A stretch of 64,000 nt of DNA from a virus (Duplodnaviria; Caudoviricetes): positions 260-64,259 of IMG/VR virus record IMGVR_UViG_3300020411_003161; one strand, written 5' to 3'. Below, piece by piece: positions 61,673-64,000 of this stretch. Position numbers and translations under genes: made by a program. Numbering within the stretch: the stretch's first letter is position 1; each line of letters starts with the position of its first letter. The notes under the pieces were generated by a model. That model was not told the origin of the DNA and searched no databases. It saw only the letters and a program-made list of their open reading frames with translations.

Positions 61673-61680
61673 ATAAATAT
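61673..61680 (-). promoter_or_regulatory. ATATTTAT putative late promoter
   Basis: Fills the 16-nt gap, ending 4 nt upstream of ATG 61668. Confidence 0.6.
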
Positions 61681-61684
61681 ACTA

Positions 61685-62140
61685 TTAAATCGTTATAATA
61701 GTTGTTAAATTACCAAAACCAGCCCCATGTAATCCACCTATTTTTATCTCATAATTTCCAGGTGGAATGTATTGTGTTCTTTCTGTTTTATAAAGTTTCC
61801 ACACATAAGTGAAATCCCTATATCTACCATCGGGCCATGGATCTCTTTTCAATGGTTGTTCATGTACAAGTCTATTTGTTTCAGTATCATAAATCCACAA
61901 CTTAGTATTATTACTTGTTACTCTATATTTTATTTTCACTACAGCGCCTTCACCACCACTCCACTTTTCATGAGTATCTTTCCACGCTATTAGTGGAAAA
62001 TTATTAAATTCATTTTCATCAATTACAAATTCTTCCCTTTTAATTTCTCTCTTTTCTGTATAATTAAGATAGGTAAAAGCTAATGTAACAAAAATTAAAG
62101 TAAGAATTATTTTTTCTAATATTTTAACATCTAATTTCAT
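61685..62140 (-). CDS. Membrane-anchored protein with FlgD-like Ig domain
   Basis: N-terminal hydrophobic helix, then KIKYRV...LWIYD...LV...YVW......IPPGNYEIKI. Confidence 0.65.
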   Translation of the reverse strand: MKLDVKILEKIILTLIFVTLAFTYLNYTEKREIKREEFVIDENEFNNFPLIAWKDTHEKWSGGEGAVVKIKYRVTSNNTKLWIYDTETNRLVHEQPLKRDPWPDGRYRDFTYVWKLYKTERTQYIPPGNYEIKIGGLHGAGFGNLTTIITI

Positions 62141-62170
62141 AATGAAACTTACACAGAAAAACTATGAAAG

Positions 62171-62791
62171 TCAAGTTTTTTTCATTTTTATTTTTAATTG
62201 TGCCAATAGATTATCTATTTGTTTTAATTTAGGATGATTGATATCAGCATCCATAAACTCATCTCTTTTAATTTTTAACTTCCCATATGCTTTCTGTAAA
62301 TCTACTAAAGCAATACCTTTCATTGATTTCCTATAATATAAATGGTGTAATGCTTCATCTTCTGCTTCAGCACCACGAACACCAGCAACTGCAGTTATGT
62401 ATTCTGTTTCATATGGTTCTGAATCTACAACTTCTGTAATCTCTTCCCATACTGCTTGCTCCCACATAGCATCCATATCAAAGTCTATATCTTCTACAGA
62501 TGCAATATCAATACTATCTTGAATTGCTTTTTGTTTACTTTTTTCAGCTCTTTGTACTGCAAATACAGAATCATAATATGTGTCTGATAATGAATCACAT
62601 TCACTTAACCATTGTCCATAGTTTTTCCAATTAGGTCTACCATTATAATTTCTGTATTCTGTATCATCACATTCCTTACCCATGAATGTAGATGTCTTAA
62701 ACTCTGATACACGAGTTGCTTGACTATAACCTAATTGAATATTCAGACAAATAAAAAGTATTGGGATTATATTCGAAATACCAAATCTCAT
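62171..62791 (-). CDS. Secreted/periplasmic hypothetical protein
   Basis: Signal-peptide-like N-terminus (MRFGISNIIPILFICLNIQLGYSQ), TAVAGVRGAE motif; overlaps the upstream pilin by 68 nt. Confidence 0.7.
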   Translation of the reverse strand: MRFGISNIIPILFICLNIQLGYSQATRVSEFKTSTFMGKECDDTEYRNYNGRPNWKNYGQWLSECDSLSDTYYDSVFAVQRAEKSKQKAIQDSIDIASVEDIDFDMDAMWEQAVWEEITEVVDSEPYETEYITAVAGVRGAEAEDEALHHLYYRKSMKGIALVDLQKAYGKLKIKRDEFMDADINHPKLKQIDNLLAQLKIKMKKT

Positions 62792-63128
62792 TATTCATTC
62801 TCCTATGATATAGTTTAGTTCCATCGAATTGCCACTCATTATCTTCATCGGGTATTCCCAATTCATGAGTAACGATTACATTTCTCGTACGACCTAAAAC
62901 AGATAATGGGTGTTCAGGCCAACTTTGTTGTCCTGTTAACTCATATTGTTTCTTTGCATAAACTTCTAACTCTTTCCAAATCTGATATGTAAATTCCTTT
63001 TCATGTTTCAATTCTTCCAATTCAATCCTTTTTTCAAATCTTGGTACAGCCACTGCACTCATAATACCAATAATCAGAATCACTATCATCAACTCAATTA
63101 GAGTGAATCCTTTAAGTGATACTTTCAT
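62724..63128 (-). CDS. Type IV prepilin-like protein
   Basis: KG|FTLIELMIVILIIGIMSAVAVPRF class III signal peptide with E5. Confidence 0.92.
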   Translation of the reverse strand: MKVSLKGFTLIELMIVILIIGIMSAVAVPRFEKRIELEELKHEKEFTYQIWKELEVYAKKQYELTGQQSWPEHPLSVLGRTRNVIVTHELGIPDEDNEWQFDGTKLYHRRMNNEIWYFEYNPNTFYLSEYSIRL

Positions 63129-63571
63129 TAAATCTCCCCAACTACATAATCATTAAGAGATGGACTATCAGGGTCTGTATCTTTTATCACTATCCTTTTT
63201 GTTATAAATCCATATTCGCTTGTATCATCATCCCAGTAATAATTATATGGGTTCTTATTCTGATTGTATGGCAACTTGCCACTAAATAAATTATCTGGTG
63301 TTCTACCATCTTCTAAAGTAATTTCTCTGTATGTGGAATCCATTAAACCATTCTCTGGCAATTGTGGAAAGTGTGGATTACCTCGCATATGGTTTAAATA
63401 ATAATACTGCATAAAAGTATTCTTTATTGTTTCCATATTTGCTAAGTTCACTTGTTTTTGAGTTCGATTCGTTAAACTATTAAAAGTGGGGATCATCGAA
63501 CCAACGAGAATCCCCACTAATGTTATAGTTACGATCAACTCAACCAAAGTAAATCCGGCAGAGTTCTTCAT
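63128..63571 (-). CDS. Type IV prepilin-like protein
   Basis: AG|FTLVELIVTITLVGILVGSMIPTF class III signal peptide. Confidence 0.92.
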   Translation of the reverse strand: MKNSAGFTLVELIVTITLVGILVGSMIPTFNSLTNRTQKQVNLANMETIKNTFMQYYYLNHMRGNPHFPQLPENGLMDSTYREITLEDGRTPDNLFSGKLPYNQNKNPYNYYWDDDTSEYGFITKRIVIKDTDPDSPSLNDYVVGEI

Positions 63572-63580
63572 CGATAACTC

Positions 63581-64000
63581 CTATAGATCAGCTCTAGAAC
63601 CTAAAGTCCCTACATCAGCATTATCGCCTGTTTGTGTACCTTTATCATATGCCCAACCAACTCTAGAGTTGTCATTTCTTTGATGTGTGATTTTGTTAGA
63701 AGTAGTATTATATGTCCACTCACCATCAGAATCAGCATCATCGGTATCAGCACTCCATCCATTTGGTTTTGTATCTAAAGCATCCCATGGATTTGTTGGC
63801 CAACTTCTACGACCATTATCCATAAGTTGTTCTACAGCATATGTTTCTAAACCAGCTTTAATAGAAGATATTACAGCATCTTCTGCAGCTTCCTCAGCCT
63901 TAACAACAGTTGAGGCGTATCTCGGAATAGCGACAGCAGCGAGAATACCTAAAATGATTGTAACCATTATTAACTCAATAAGGGTAAATCCTTTGTTATT
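63581..64000 (-). CDS. Type IV prepilin (major-pilin-like), 5' end beyond the window
   Basis: The frame extends past the ORF-track start to the edge: ...NNKG|FTLIELIMVTIILGILAAVAIPRY. Confidence 0.92.
   Translation of the reverse strand, partial: NNKGFTLIELIMVTIILGILAAVAIPRYASTVVKAEEAAEDAVISSIKAGLETYAVEQLMDNGRRSWPTNPWDALDTKPNGWSADTDDADSDGEWTYNTTSNKITHQRNDNSRVGWAYDKGTQTGDNADVGTLGSRADL

Noticed and set aside
910-63683. The many short plus-strand and nested ORFs in the track (60-190 aa)
   Set aside because: They lie antisense to, or out of frame within, long well-supported minus-strand genes and carry no recognisable motifs; they are shadow ORFs.
1-64000. Stop-codon reassignment
   Set aside because: Genes are long and densely packed under the standard code, and TAG and TGA both serve as real stops (for example at 25881 and 45631).
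1-64000. tRNA, rRNA or other structured RNA genes
   Set aside because: Intergenic gaps are under about 90 bp and very AT-rich, and no cloverleaf or T-loop signature was seen.

Overview
AT-rich, gene-dense 64 kb segment of a large T4-like (gp17/gp20/gp21-type head module) tailed bacteriophage, probably marine, with almost all genes on the minus strand. From left to right it holds: (1) a head module (prohead protease, core-like proteins, portal, large terminase); (2) a CCA-adding/HD enzyme and a 1236-aa kinase + HIGH-nucleotidyltransferase + ligase-like polyprotein; (3) a GH108 lysin; (4) about 43 kb of modular tail-fibre/virion proteins (Kelch-like propellers, LamG, Mtd_N, a 3080-aa protein), interrupted by a glycosyltransferase + four 2OG-Fe(II) oxygenase cassette; (5) an unannotated plus-strand ribbon-helix-helix gene; (6) a fused Mre11-Rad50 (SbcDC), a primase and a RuvC-like resolvase; (7) a cassette of at least three type IV prepilins with secreted/membrane proteins. 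The main hypotheses are a virion-wide [ST]-[GAS]-S motif that may be a modification sequon for the embedded glycosyltransferase cassette, a capsid-packaged and protease-processed tRNA repair kit, phage-encoded pilins, and an ATATTTAT late-promoter motif. All assignments come from motif recognition by eye; no searches were run.
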